Assembly: GCF_018336915.1 (NCBI RefSeq)
Contig: NZ_CP064923.1
Location: 3,840,001-3,872,000 of the forward strand
Source of the DNA: Acaryochloris marina S15
Lineage (GTDB): Bacteria; Cyanobacteriota; Cyanobacteriia; Thermosynechococcales; Thermosynechococcaceae
Length of the DNA stretch: 32,000 bases
Reading direction: 5' to 3'
Shown: positions 16,714 through 25,229 of the stretch, piece after piece
Layout: each line of letters opens with the position of its first letter
How positions within the stretch are numbered: the first letter of the stretch is position 1
The notes under the pieces: generated by a model
Seen by the model: only the letters and a program-made list of their open reading frames with translations
Databases searched by the model: none
Told to the model about the DNA's origin: nothing
Translations under genes and position numbers: made by a program

Positions 16714-17691
16714 CTAGTCGTAACACCAGGTATCAAAGGATCGGCTGGGCGGTGCCTGATTCGATCGCACCGGTCGATGAAAGATGGATTTAGTATTAGT
16801 TGGCTTCTTGCGGGTGGTGGCTAATGCTGAGGACTTTTGCGTTTTTCTAGAGGTTGAACTGGTTTGCAGCTCAGCTACTTGTTTTTGCAACCGATCATTC
16901 TCTTTTGCTAATCGCACTGCATCCTGGGTGGTTTGCTCCAGCTTCTCTTTAATCGCATCTGTTTGATGGGTCGATTTCTGCAACGCTGTCAGGGCCGTTT
17001 TCTGCTCAGCCAGCTGTGACTCCAATTGAGCCACCTTCTTCTGCAAAGAGGTTTCTTTGGTTTGAGCTGCCTTTAAATCTTTAGTTAGGGCACTGACTTT
17101 CACTTTTAAATCAGTGTTAATGGATTGAGCACTACTGGCTGCGGAGCTGCTTGCGGTTGAGGCAGGTTTTGCTGCTGCTTTCTGTGCCGTAGAGGCGGCA
17201 GGCTTAGCCTTCTTTGCTGCCGCCGTCTTTGTGGCTGTTGTTTTCCGACTAGAAGATCGGCTGGACGTTGCCTTTTTAGCAGTAGAAGATTTAGTCGTTG
17301 ATTTTTTAGCTGCGGGTGCAGCAGCTTTGGTTGTTGACGTTGACTTCTTAGCTGCTGGTGAAGCAGCTTTGGTTGTTGACGTTGACTTCTTAGCTGCTGG
17401 TGAAGCAGTCTTAGTAGTGGAAGCAGCCTTAGGGGTCGATTTCTTAGCTGCGGGTGCAGCCTTAGTAGCCCCGGCAGTCTTTTTTTCCGTAGTTTTTTTG
17501 GCAGTGGTCGATTTAGCCGTACTTTTCTGGGCTGTCGTTGTCTTTTTCGCTGCAGCTTTTTTCGCTGATGTGGCTTTCTTTTGGGTCGTTGACGCGGCTG
17601 GTTTTGCACCTGCGCCATCTTTTTGATCAGGGGTCGCAGTTTTAGTTGCTTCTTCCCGTAATAAATCTGACAAACTTTTCTTCGTAGCCAT
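16714..17691 (-). CDS. 325-aa disordered K/A/T/S-rich, Q-rich coiled-coil protein with a C-terminal Trp; candidate ParA partner (McdB-like)
   Basis: The ATG at 17689-17691 overlaps the parA-like TAA (17691-17693) as TAATG. Domain order: [15 protein letters not shown], then ~170 aa of AAKK/STTKAA low complexity, then a heptad-like Q/K/E/L segment (about 16864-17121), then a basic tail ending SFDTWCYD. Two other frames are also open because of the repeats. This frame was chosen for the coupling and the coiled coil. Confidence 0.75.
   Translation of the reverse strand: MATKKSLSDLLREEATKTATPDQKDGAGAKPAASTTQKKATSAKKAAAKKTTTAQKSTAKSTTAKKTTEKKTAGATKAAPAAKKSTPKAASTTKTASPAAKKSTSTTKAASPAAKKSTSTTKAAAPAAKKSTTKSSTAKKATSSRSSSRKTTATKTAAAKKAKPAASTAQKAAAKPASTASSSAASSAQSINTDLKVKVSALTKDLKAAQTKETSLQKKVAQLESQLAEQKTALTALQKSTHQTDAIKEKLEQTTQDAVRLAKENDRLQKQVAELQTSSTSRKTQKSSALATTRKKPTNTKSIFHRPVRSNQAPPSRSFDTWCYD
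17321..17404. repeat. Perfect 2 x 42-bp tandem repeat (encodes SPAAKKSTSTTKAA twice), flanked by degenerate copies
   Basis: 17321-17362 and 17363-17404 are identical (gcagctttggttgttgacgttgacttcttagctgctggtgaa). The unit at 17279-17320 is a diverged copy. Confidence 0.95.
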
Positions 17692-18401
17692 TAACTGTCC
17701 CAATCCCGCTTAATTTCATCAACAACGCGGCAATAATCTGCTTTTGCCTCTTTACTATATTTCCCTTTCCATTGTGTAATCGGCTGTCCTTCCAAAGCTG
17801 CCCGTTCATGCGCCTTATAACTACGTACAAAGGCATGAAAAGCCGGAATGCCTAACTCCATCAAAGTGTTTTGAGCATCCAATGCTTCTCGCAAGCTTCG
17901 AGGATCGACCCGAGTTAGTAATACCCGATGAGCCACTCCCGATGGTTTGACTAATGTCCGCACCGTTTCAATTAGAACGGCAATTTCCATTGGGGCAGGA
18001 GGCGTAGGGAGCACTAAATAGTCAACCACAGGAATGACCATTTTCAAAATCTCTGACTCTAGACCTGGTGGCGTATCTACGACGACCAGCTCTTGCTTAC
18101 TGGAACGGCGCAAATTTTTCAATTCTTTCGCGCTAGCCCCAGATTGGACTTGGAATTTAAGGGAATTTGTATCACGCTGGGTCCACCAAGTTGCGGACCC
18201 TTGCGGATCGGCGTCAATTAGGAGAACTTGATGAGCTTCTGCAAATACTGCTGTGAGATTAACAGCCGTGGTGGTTTTACCAACACCACCTTTGCCATTG
18301 AGGACGGCGACAACCTTGGTTTTTGAAGATTTAGAAGGCAACTTGGGCACCGCTAATGATTGCCAATAGTAAGCAGGAGGCTCTGACTTTGCAACTTGCA
18401 A
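17691..18401 (-). CDS. ParA/MinD-family deviant Walker-A ATPase (small, no HTH domain); McdA-like candidate
   Basis: Motifs present: [16 protein letters not shown] (KGGxxGKT with the signature Lys), [14 protein letters not shown] and VVVDTPPG. The start is uncertain: TTG at 18401 in the ORF track, with no ATG before the Walker A. Confidence 0.88.
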   Translation of the reverse strand: MQVAKSEPPAYYWQSLAVPKLPSKSSKTKVVAVLNGKGGVGKTTTAVNLTAVFAEAHQVLLIDADPQGSATWWTQRDTNSLKFQVQSGASAKELKNLRRSSKQELVVVDTPPGLESEILKMVIPVVDYLVLPTPPAPMEIAVLIETVRTLVKPSGVAHRVLLTRVDPRSLREALDAQNTLMELGIPAFHAFVRSYKAHERAALEGQPITQWKGKYSKEAKADYCRVVDEIKRDWDS

Positions 18402-18427
18402 AAGACTCCTGGGATGACTATACCGCT

Positions 18428-18441
18428 TTATTGTCTACTAA
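18428..18441. promoter_or_regulatory. TTA-N8-TAA dyad in the parA-like/lysR divergent intergenic region
   Basis: TTATTGTCTACTAA was read directly. As far as I recall, this general dyad shape is used by CbbR/CmpR-type LysR regulators. Binding here is not demonstrated. Confidence 0.3.
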
Positions 18442-18508
18442 TCCCTTTTTTAGCCAGTGTTTGCGGCCTTGGCATTCTCTGCGATCCCAGGGAAGGTTTC
18501 TTAGGTGA

Positions 18509-18524
18509 ATAGACAATAATCTAT
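18509..18524. promoter_or_regulatory. Palindrome ATAGA-N6-TCTAT, copy 1 (upstream of the LysR gene)
   Basis: ATAGACAATAATCTAT lies 57 nt upstream of the LysR ATG. A near-identical copy is at 21095-21110. Confidence 0.45.
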
Positions 18525-18571
18525 TACAATAAAGCCAGACAACGACTTTAGTCTATACGCAATCTTTCTGT

Positions 18572-18579
18572 GCGATCGC
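18572..18579. repeat. HIP1 octamer GCGATCGC
   Basis: Exact match, ending 1 nt before the LysR ATG. Confidence 0.95.
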
Positions 18580-18580
18580 A

Positions 18581-19495
18581 ATGCAGCCAACTCTACATCA
18601 ACTGAAAGTGTTTGAAACTGCTGCCCGCCATGGCAGCTTTACTCGCGCCGCTGAAGAACTTTACCTGACACAACCGACCGTATCAATTCAGATCAAGCAG
18701 CTGTCCAAGACGGTTGGTTTCCCTTTATTCGAGAAGTTGGGAAAACAGCTTTACTTAACAGAAGTTGGCAATCGGTTATTTAGCACCTGTCAATCCATTT
18801 TTGAAGAACTTGATCAATTCGAGATGATTGTCAGTGATTTGCAGGGGATGACCCAAGGCAAGTTACATCTTGCTACAGTCACTACCTGTAAGTATTTTGT
18901 CCCTCGTTTACTGGGTAATTTTTGTGACCAATATCCTGGCATTGATATTTCTCTGAAAATCACTAACCATCTCCAGCTGGAAAAGCGGATGATGGAAAAC
19001 CGAGATGACCTCTACATCCTCAGTCATCCTCCCCAACATATGGATCTCAAAGTTCAGCCTGTCATTAAGAATCCACTTGTAGTGGTAGCTCCACCCAACC
19101 ATCCCCTCGTGGGTCAGAAGAATATCGATATTTCTGCTCTCAATGATGAACGCTTTATTATGCGGGAGTCAGGCTCGGGAACTCGCCATGCTGTTCAGGC
19201 TCTATTCAACAAACATAAAGTCAATGTTGAAATCAAACTAGAACTGGGCAGTAATGAAGCGATCAAACAAGCGATTGCAGGAGGATTGGGAATCTCAGTG
19301 CTATCGCGCCACTCCCTTAATGGTCGAGAATATACTGACCTAGCCATTCTGGATGTCGAACATTTTCCCATTGAGCAGCAATGGTCGGTTGCCTATTTAT
19401 CGGGTAAACATCTCTCTGTTGTGGCCGAAACCTTCCTACACTATTTAGTCTCGGTCACTGATCATGCTGAAATGCCTTGGATACACTTCAAATAA
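18581..19495 (+). CDS. LysR-family transcriptional regulator, CbbR/CmpR-like
   Basis: The N-terminal wHTH MQPTLHQLKVFETAARHGSFTRAAEELYLTQPTVSIQIKQL and later blocks (RESGSGTR, LGSNEAIKQAIAGGLGISVLS) resemble the CbbR/CmpR subgroup as I remember it. It is divergent from the parA-like gene. Confidence 0.9.
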   Translation: MQPTLHQLKVFETAARHGSFTRAAEELYLTQPTVSIQIKQLSKTVGFPLFEKLGKQLYLTEVGNRLFSTCQSIFEELDQFEMIVSDLQGMTQGKLHLATVTTCKYFVPRLLGNFCDQYPGIDISLKITNHLQLEKRMMENRDDLYILSHPPQHMDLKVQPVIKNPLVVVAPPNHPLVGQKNIDISALNDERFIMRESGSGTRHAVQALFNKHKVNVEIKLELGSNEAIKQAIAGGLGISVLSRHSLNGREYTDLAILDVEHFPIEQQWSVAYLSGKHLSVVAETFLHYLVSVTDHAEMPWIHFK

Positions 19496-19590
19496 GATTT
19501 ATCAGTAACTTTTAAGAACAACGCAGCCACCTAACTCCTGAGATCAAACTTCCAGGGTTATCTGGGAAAGAAAACACGGTACTCACAGCA

Positions 19591-19636
19591 CTTGAGCCAG
19601 TGGAGGTCAGACAGCTCTTTCCCCCACTGGCTCAAG
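19591..19636. repeat. 13-bp perfect GC-rich inverted repeat (CTTGAGCCAGTGG, 20-nt loop) between convergent genes
   Basis: Arms 19591-19603 and 19624-19636 are exact complements. It lies 96 nt after the LysR stop and 22 nt after the stop of the minus-strand orphan. There is no clean U-tract on either strand. Confidence 0.85.
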
Positions 19637-19657
19637 GTTTCTGGAAACGGGATGTTT

Positions 19658-20338
19658 CTAGTTCACCCCATTTACCTGCTGGCTTAAATCATTAACACTT
19701 TGGGACATGATGGCTAAAGCTTGCTGAAGGCTTTCTACATCAGCCCCGGCGCCATTAGGTAGTGCGGGGATCGTAGAGGGTGAAACCGGTAAGGGAATCC
19801 CAATCCCTCCGGTAAAGATAGAATCAACCTCCATTAGACTAGCTCCCGTAGAAGTGGGAACTGCTGTGGAGAGCTGATCAAATTCAGTTTCGCCAGCGTT
19901 GGGCAGAAAAGTACCACGATGTTCAGGGGTAAAGAGGAGTTGGCGATTCAGCAACGCTGGAAAAGGGAATCGTTGCCGGACAAAAACTTCGACATAACCC
20001 CGAAACTCAACAGTGTCGACATTGGGGTCGAGGGTGAGAATATCAGGCTGCAAAATGATTAAGCCTGTGTCCTTGGCTCTGAGTCCAAAGTCATAACAAC
20101 TATCAGCATCCAGAGTGCCAAAATCGTTAGAACCACCGGTATCTCGAATTACAATTAGCTTACTGGTATCGAGAGCTGGGGTTGTTGCATTAAATTTCAA
20201 TCGCAATAACACATCAAAGTTATGGGGATTAGAAACTGTTAGAAAATATCCCTGCAAAATTTTCCGGTTGGAGTTAGATATATTTCCTTCTGCAGGTGTA
20301 ATATCTTTAAGGAGAAGTTCAAAGGTTGAAAGTAGCAT
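19658..20338 (-). CDS. Hypothetical protein (226 aa from ATG), no family recognised
   Basis: This is a long ORF with normal composition for the window. The ATG at 20336-20338 is preceded by AAGGAC, and the ORF-track start at 20368 is a TTG. The product starts MLLSTFELLLKDITPAEGN and has a helical Q-rich C-terminus. Confidence 0.6.
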   Translation of the reverse strand: MLLSTFELLLKDITPAEGNISNSNRKILQGYFLTVSNPHNFDVLLRLKFNATTPALDTSKLIVIRDTGGSNDFGTLDADSCYDFGLRAKDTGLIILQPDILTLDPNVDTVEFRGYVEVFVRQRFPFPALLNRQLLFTPEHRGTFLPNAGETEFDQLSTAVPTSTGASLMEVDSIFTGGIGIPLPVSPSTIPALPNGAGADVESLQQALAIMSQSVNDLSQQVNGVN

Positions 20339-21094
20339 AGAAATGTCCTTTGTGTGATGGTTGATCAATAAATTTCAGTGAGGATCATTGAATGTATTTA
20401 TGAGTAACGATTACTGAGATAAACAGAAGAAAAATGTTCTTTTCAAGTAAAGATCTCAAATTTATCTTCCATAGCCTTTTTAAGGCAAAATAACAAAGCA
20501 GATAGCTTGTTAGTGCCATTGAGAGTTCCTAGGATACTTGAGCATAAAAGTTAGAGGCTAAGCTCTAAACATATGCAGCTTCAATGCCTGACACCTAAAT
20601 TGACTTTTGAAATCTACTAGTGTAGTCATCTTGTTTAGATAGTAGAAGCTCAATGAATTCACCCTGAAAAGGCCATTAAAGAGAGAAGATTTTGATTTGT
20701 TTTAACCTGTCTTCAGTTCGTTAATCTGAAATCAATATAATCCAAAAAAACTTAGATAAAAGTGATTATCTTCAATATTTTGTGTGACATAAATCATTGA
20801 AAATTTCTTCTTTGTATAAAATATTTTTTATGCTTATAAATAATATTATATGCTTTTTCTGTAGTATTTTTGTTGCAGGAAAGATGCAATAAAAACAAGT
20901 CCAGTATGATTCTAATTGGGTCGCATCTATAGGCTAAGTAATATAGAAATATTTTTAAAATTCGTACCTTTAAAAACTACTGTGTAGAAATCAATGGCCA
21001 TCAATACAGGCGAGAATGATACGGAATTCAGCTCTAGGTAAAGGTTTCTATATGGTTTGATTTCGATTTAAATCTCCAATCTTCTGACTTGAAG

Positions 21095-21110
21095 ATAGAG
21101 ACTAATCTAT
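21095..21110. promoter_or_regulatory. Palindrome ATAGA-N6-TCTAT, copy 2 (upstream of ppx/gppA)
   Basis: ATAGAGACTAATCTAT lies 84 nt upstream of the ppx ATG. With flanks it matches copy 1 at 17 of 20 positions (ATAGA.A.TAATCTATT.CA). Confidence 0.45.
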
Positions 21111-21193
21111 TGCAGAGATTCAAACCCCCGTTGACCACTGTCCCCAAATCCGCATACAGTTTCTAGCAGGATCACCCAGGGGCCAAACGAGCC

Positions 21194-22792
21194 ATGCAAA
21201 CCATTGCCGCTATTGATGTGGGAACCAATTCGATCCACATGGTTGTGGTGAAAGTTAACCCTGAAATTCCAGCATTCAATATTATTGATACTGAGAAAAG
21301 TACCGTTCGCCTAGGGGAAGGCAGCAAAGATACTGGGAAGCTGCATCCGGATGCGATCGCAAGAGCAATTGCCGCCTTGCGCAGATGTCAAGAAGTTGCC
21401 GCAGCCTGCAAAGTCGAACAGATCCAAGCGGTTGCCACCAGTGCTGTCCGGGAAGCCCTCAATGGTCGGACCTTTATTCGTGCCGTTGAGTCCGAACTCG
21501 GGCTTAAAATCAATGTCATATCCGGTCCAGAAGAAGCCCGGCGAATTTACCTCGGGGTCTTGTCCGGTATTGAATTTAATAACAAGCCCCACGTCATGAT
21601 TGATATTGGGGGTGGATCAACCGAGCTCATTTTAGGGAATGGTCAAGATCCGCGCTCCCTCAGCAGTACCAAGGTAGGAGCGGTACGGCTGACTGAGGAA
21701 TATATCACCACCGATCCGGTCAGTACTAGCGAATTTGAGCGGTTACAGGCCTATGTTCGAGGAATGTTGGAATGGCCGGTTGAAGAGTTGCGTTCCCATC
21801 TCTCTCCCGATGAAGTGCCAACCCTTATTGGCACCTCCGGAACAATTGAAAGCATTCTCAAACTGCATGCCTGCGAGGTTATGGGAGCTTGTCCCACCTC
21901 TCTTCATGGCCACGTCCTCACCCTTGATGACCTGAACGACCTCATCCACAAGCTGCGAAAGCTCAATTACGACGAACGCTGCAAAATGCCTGGGATGACG
22001 GAGCGGCGAGCAGAAATTATTTTAGCCGGAGCTGTAATTTTGGCTGAAACAATGACCCTGCTGCACTTAGATTCCATTACCACCTGTGAACGCGCTCTAC
22101 GAGAAGGCATCGTGGTGGACTGGATGATGAAGCAAGGATTGATTGAAGATCGACTCCGCTACCAGGGTTCCGTGCGAGAACGCAGCGTCATGAACTTGGC
22201 CCATCAGTACCATGTGGAGTTATCAACTGCTGAGCGAATCGCTGATTTTGCCGTCGCTTTATTTGATCAAACCCAAGGCTCTCTCCATCATTGGGGAATA
22301 GACGAGCGTCATTCCCTGTGGGCAGCCGCTATTTTGCATAACTGCGGGCATTACATCAGCCATTCCGCCCATCATAAACATTCCTACTACTTAATCCGTC
22401 ATGGCGGCTTGTTGGGCTATACCGATGCCGAAGTCGAGATTATTGCCAACTTAGCCCGGTATCACCGCAAAGGAGCTCCCAAAAAGAAGCATGAGAACTA
22501 TCAGAACTTGGTGAATAAAGCCCAACGTCAGATCGTCGACCAGCTCAGTGCCATTCTTAAGTTAGCGGTCGCCTTGGATCGGCGGCAGATAGGTGCGATT
22601 GAATCCCTACATTGTGAAATTGATTCAGATACCATTACCCTCCATCTCCAAGCGAGTCAAACCGACGATGACTGTGCTTTAGAGCTATGGAGTTTAGAGA
22701 TGAAAAAAGCTTGCTTTGAATCCGAATTTGATATGACTCTGGTCGCTCAACTGGCTGAATCTGCTCCCAGCCCTGATTTACAGCTAGCCTGA
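21194..22792 (+). CDS. ppx: Ppx/GppA-family exopolyphosphatase / guanosine pentaphosphate phosphohydrolase with a C-terminal HD domain
   Basis: ASKHA phosphate motifs AAIDVGTNSIHMVV and DIGGGSTEL are present, with a C-terminal HD-type region HNCGHYISHSAHHKHSYYLI. Confidence 0.92.
   Translation: MQTIAAIDVGTNSIHMVVVKVNPEIPAFNIIDTEKSTVRLGEGSKDTGKLHPDAIARAIAALRRCQEVAAACKVEQIQAVATSAVREALNGRTFIRAVESELGLKINVISGPEEARRIYLGVLSGIEFNNKPHVMIDIGGGSTELILGNGQDPRSLSSTKVGAVRLTEEYITTDPVSTSEFERLQAYVRGMLEWPVEELRSHLSPDEVPTLIGTSGTIESILKLHACEVMGACPTSLHGHVLTLDDLNDLIHKLRKLNYDERCKMPGMTERRAEIILAGAVILAETMTLLHLDSITTCERALREGIVVDWMMKQGLIEDRLRYQGSVRERSVMNLAHQYHVELSTAERIADFAVALFDQTQGSLHHWGIDERHSLWAAAILHNCGHYISHSAHHKHSYYLIRHGGLLGYTDAEVEIIANLARYHRKGAPKKKHENYQNLVNKAQRQIVDQLSAILKLAVALDRRQIGAIESLHCEIDSDTITLHLQASQTDDDCALELWSLEMKKACFESEFDMTLVAQLAESAPSPDLQLA
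21353..21360. repeat. HIP1 octamer GCGATCGC
   Basis: Exact match read in the sequence. Confidence 0.95.
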
Positions 22793-23050
22793 TGAGTCTT
22801 AGTCATCTTTGCTCAACCCAAGGATTTTGGACACTTCACCCAATCCAGAGCTAACTTGTTAGCTTAAGAATGAAGGAGAATCTCTAAAGGAGTTCCTCCT
22901 CTATTTTCTAAATCCATTCCATCCCTTGCATAAATTTTTTTATTTGACTAGGGGGTAAGTCACTACGTACCTCTAAAAATACTGATAAGCTAAGTTTCGT
23001 TTAACTGCTCTCGGTGTATTTATAGCCGTTGACAAAGCAAGGAGCTGTTT

Positions 23051-25135
23051 ATGGCCTCACAACAGGAAGACCTAAAAGCTGGGATTGCTGCCCACCAAAA
23101 AGGACAACAGTCCCAGGCCATCCGCATTTTAGAACGCGTGTGGCAAGCTGCCACGCCAGGAAGTTCTGTTCATGTGCAGGCCCAAATGTATTTGATCATG
23201 GCTCACCAAAGCTGTGGCCAACTCGAACAAGCTTTGATGCTCTGCCAACCCCTGGCTGCCAGCCCCATTGCCCAAGTTCAGGAATGGGCGAATCAGGTCT
23301 TGCCCCAGCTACAGCAAGACCAGGAAAATCAAATTCCAACTGCTACGGCATCTGCTGCGGAAACTGTTTCTGCTCCCAGTCCAGCGTTCAGTCAACCTAG
23401 TTCAGCCCCCAGTCCAGTCTCCAGCCCAGCCCCCAGTCAAAAATCCCGCGCAGTCGGAGGGATGAAATTAGCTATGGCGGGTATAGGGGGAAATCTCAGT
23501 TTGGCCTCTGGTGTCACCATTAGCCTGCTGTTTGGCATGGTGCTTGTCCTTGTCTTGGGTATCTTTTTAATCACAGCAAGTGATAATCCAGGCTTGGGAC
23601 TAGGAGCGGCTGTTGTTATAACGATCGTTGTCAATGTAGCAATATTCTTCTTTTCACCCTGGCTCATGGATTGGACCCAAAGGTGGCTCTATGGCACCCA
23701 CTGGATCACCTTGGGAGAGCTAGAGCATCTCAGCCCCGAAACCAGCCAAATCTTGCAAAGGATATGTGCCGAGAAGAATCTGAAAATGCCTCGGCTAGGC
23801 ATTATTGAAGATCAAAATCCAACAGCCTTTACCTATGGATCGCTTCCCAATAGTGTACGGCTCGTTGTTAGCCGCGGATTATTCACCTACCTAGATGAAG
23901 ACGAAGTCGCAACGGTCTATGCCCATGAGCTAGGCCACATTGTTCACTGGGATTTTGCGGTCATGACCTTGGCCTCTACGTTGGTGCAGATCACTTATTT
24001 GATTTACACCTTTGCGAGCCGAGCAGGCCGTCGAGGAGGCAGCAGCAAGGGCAAAGATGCTTTGCAAGCAGCTGCGATCTCAGCTTATGTTTTCTATATT
24101 ATCGGCACCTATCTTGTCCTATATCTATCCCGAACGCGGGAATATTTTGCCGATCACTTTGCGGCTGAAGTCACAGGCAACCCCAATGCCTTATCTCGGG
24201 CATTAGTGAAAATTGCCTATGGCATTGTCGAAGAAGGTCAGCGGTCCAAAGAACCTAGCCGCTTGCTAGAAGGAACCCGAGCTTTGGGGATTTACGATGC
24301 TAAAGCGGCGACCTCCTCCGGCACGGCCTATCGTGTGGCTGCAGATACTAGCAAAATTGGCCGTGTCTTTTTGTGGGATCTATTCAACCCCTGGGCGTTT
24401 TGGATGGAACTGCAATCTACCCACCCCCTCACGGGCAAGCGTGTTCGGGCCTTAAGTACCTATGCCGAGCAGCTGGGTTTGGATATTGAGTTTGATATGG
24501 GCCGAGTAGTGGGAGAAGGCCGTCAATTAAATAAACAACGCCTCTATAGCCACTTCTTTTTGGATTTATTGCTCTATGGGGCTGAATTTATTGGCCTAGG
24601 CGTGGGATTGATTTTGGGACTTGCCTCCGGAACGAATCCCATTGCGTTGATGATGATTGGTTTGGGGATTGGCATTATCGCTAAAACGTTCATCATGTAT
24701 CCCAACTTTGGTCAGGCTCCTGAACGCGATATCTTAACCCTGATGTCAGATCCCTATGCCAGTCCTCTGCGTGGACAACCCGTGCAGCTCGCAGGTCAAC
24801 TGATTGGACGTGGAAATGCAGGCTATAAGTTTGGTTCAGATTTGAAGCTGCAAGACAAAAGCGGCATGTTATTCCTTCGCTATTCCTCTCGCTTTGGCCC
24901 AATTGGCAACTTCCTATTTGGTATGTCTCAAGTCCAAGATTTGATTGGCACTCAGGTAGGCACAACCGGGTGGTTCCGTCGCAGTATTGCCCCCTGGATG
25001 GATCTGGTCCAAATCAGAACGGATGGCGGGCGCGTGATCAATAGCTATCATCGGTTTTGGTCTTTTGGATTTGGCGGATTCTTCATTGTTCTAGGTCTTA
25101 TCTTCAACTTCGTACTGCCCAGCTTGGTTGGATAG
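23051..25135 (+). CDS. M48-family (HtpX/Ste24-like) zinc metalloprotease with a TPR-like N-terminus, a Pro/Ser linker and extra C-terminal TM region
   Basis: The HExxH motif is in YAHELGHIVHWD, with multiple TM segments and AAGGAG at 23039-23044 before the ATG. Confidence 0.88.
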   Translation: MASQQEDLKAGIAAHQKGQQSQAIRILERVWQAATPGSSVHVQAQMYLIMAHQSCGQLEQALMLCQPLAASPIAQVQEWANQVLPQLQQDQENQIPTATASAAETVSAPSPAFSQPSSAPSPVSSPAPSQKSRAVGGMKLAMAGIGGNLSLASGVTISLLFGMVLVLVLGIFLITASDNPGLGLGAAVVITIVVNVAIFFFSPWLMDWTQRWLYGTHWITLGELEHLSPETSQILQRICAEKNLKMPRLGIIEDQNPTAFTYGSLPNSVRLVVSRGLFTYLDEDEVATVYAHELGHIVHWDFAVMTLASTLVQITYLIYTFASRAGRRGGSSKGKDALQAAAISAYVFYIIGTYLVLYLSRTREYFADHFAAEVTGNPNALSRALVKIAYGIVEEGQRSKEPSRLLEGTRALGIYDAKAATSSGTAYRVAADTSKIGRVFLWDLFNPWAFWMELQSTHPLTGKRVRALSTYAEQLGLDIEFDMGRVVGEGRQLNKQRLYSHFFLDLLLYGAEFIGLGVGLILGLASGTNPIALMMIGLGIGIIAKTFIMYPNFGQAPERDILTLMSDPYASPLRGQPVQLAGQLIGRGNAGYKFGSDLKLQDKSGMLFLRYSSRFGPIGNFLFGMSQVQDLIGTQVGTTGWFRRSIAPWMDLVQIRTDGGRVINSYHRFWSFGFGGFFIVLGLIFNFVLPSLVG

Positions 25136-25229
25136 CTCCAAAGAATATCCCTCCCTTGGACGCCGTTTTTGAGGGCTTGCAACCTTTAGTAGATGAGTCC
25201 AATCTCCTCAGTATTCGCCCATCAGAAAG

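Noticed and set aside
17106-17626. 170-aa (-) and 131-aa (+) alternative-frame ORFs inside the K/A/T-rich gene
   Set aside because: They are artefacts of the repetitive GC-skewed codon pattern, which leaves all frames open. Only the chosen frame connects the TAATG-coupled start to the coiled coil and the C-terminus.
23029-23465. ORFs 23029-23400 and 23268-23465 overlapping the start of the M48 protease gene
   Set aside because: They are alternative frames across the Pro/Ser-rich linker. The M48 frame has an AAGGAG SD and continues into the HExxH domain.
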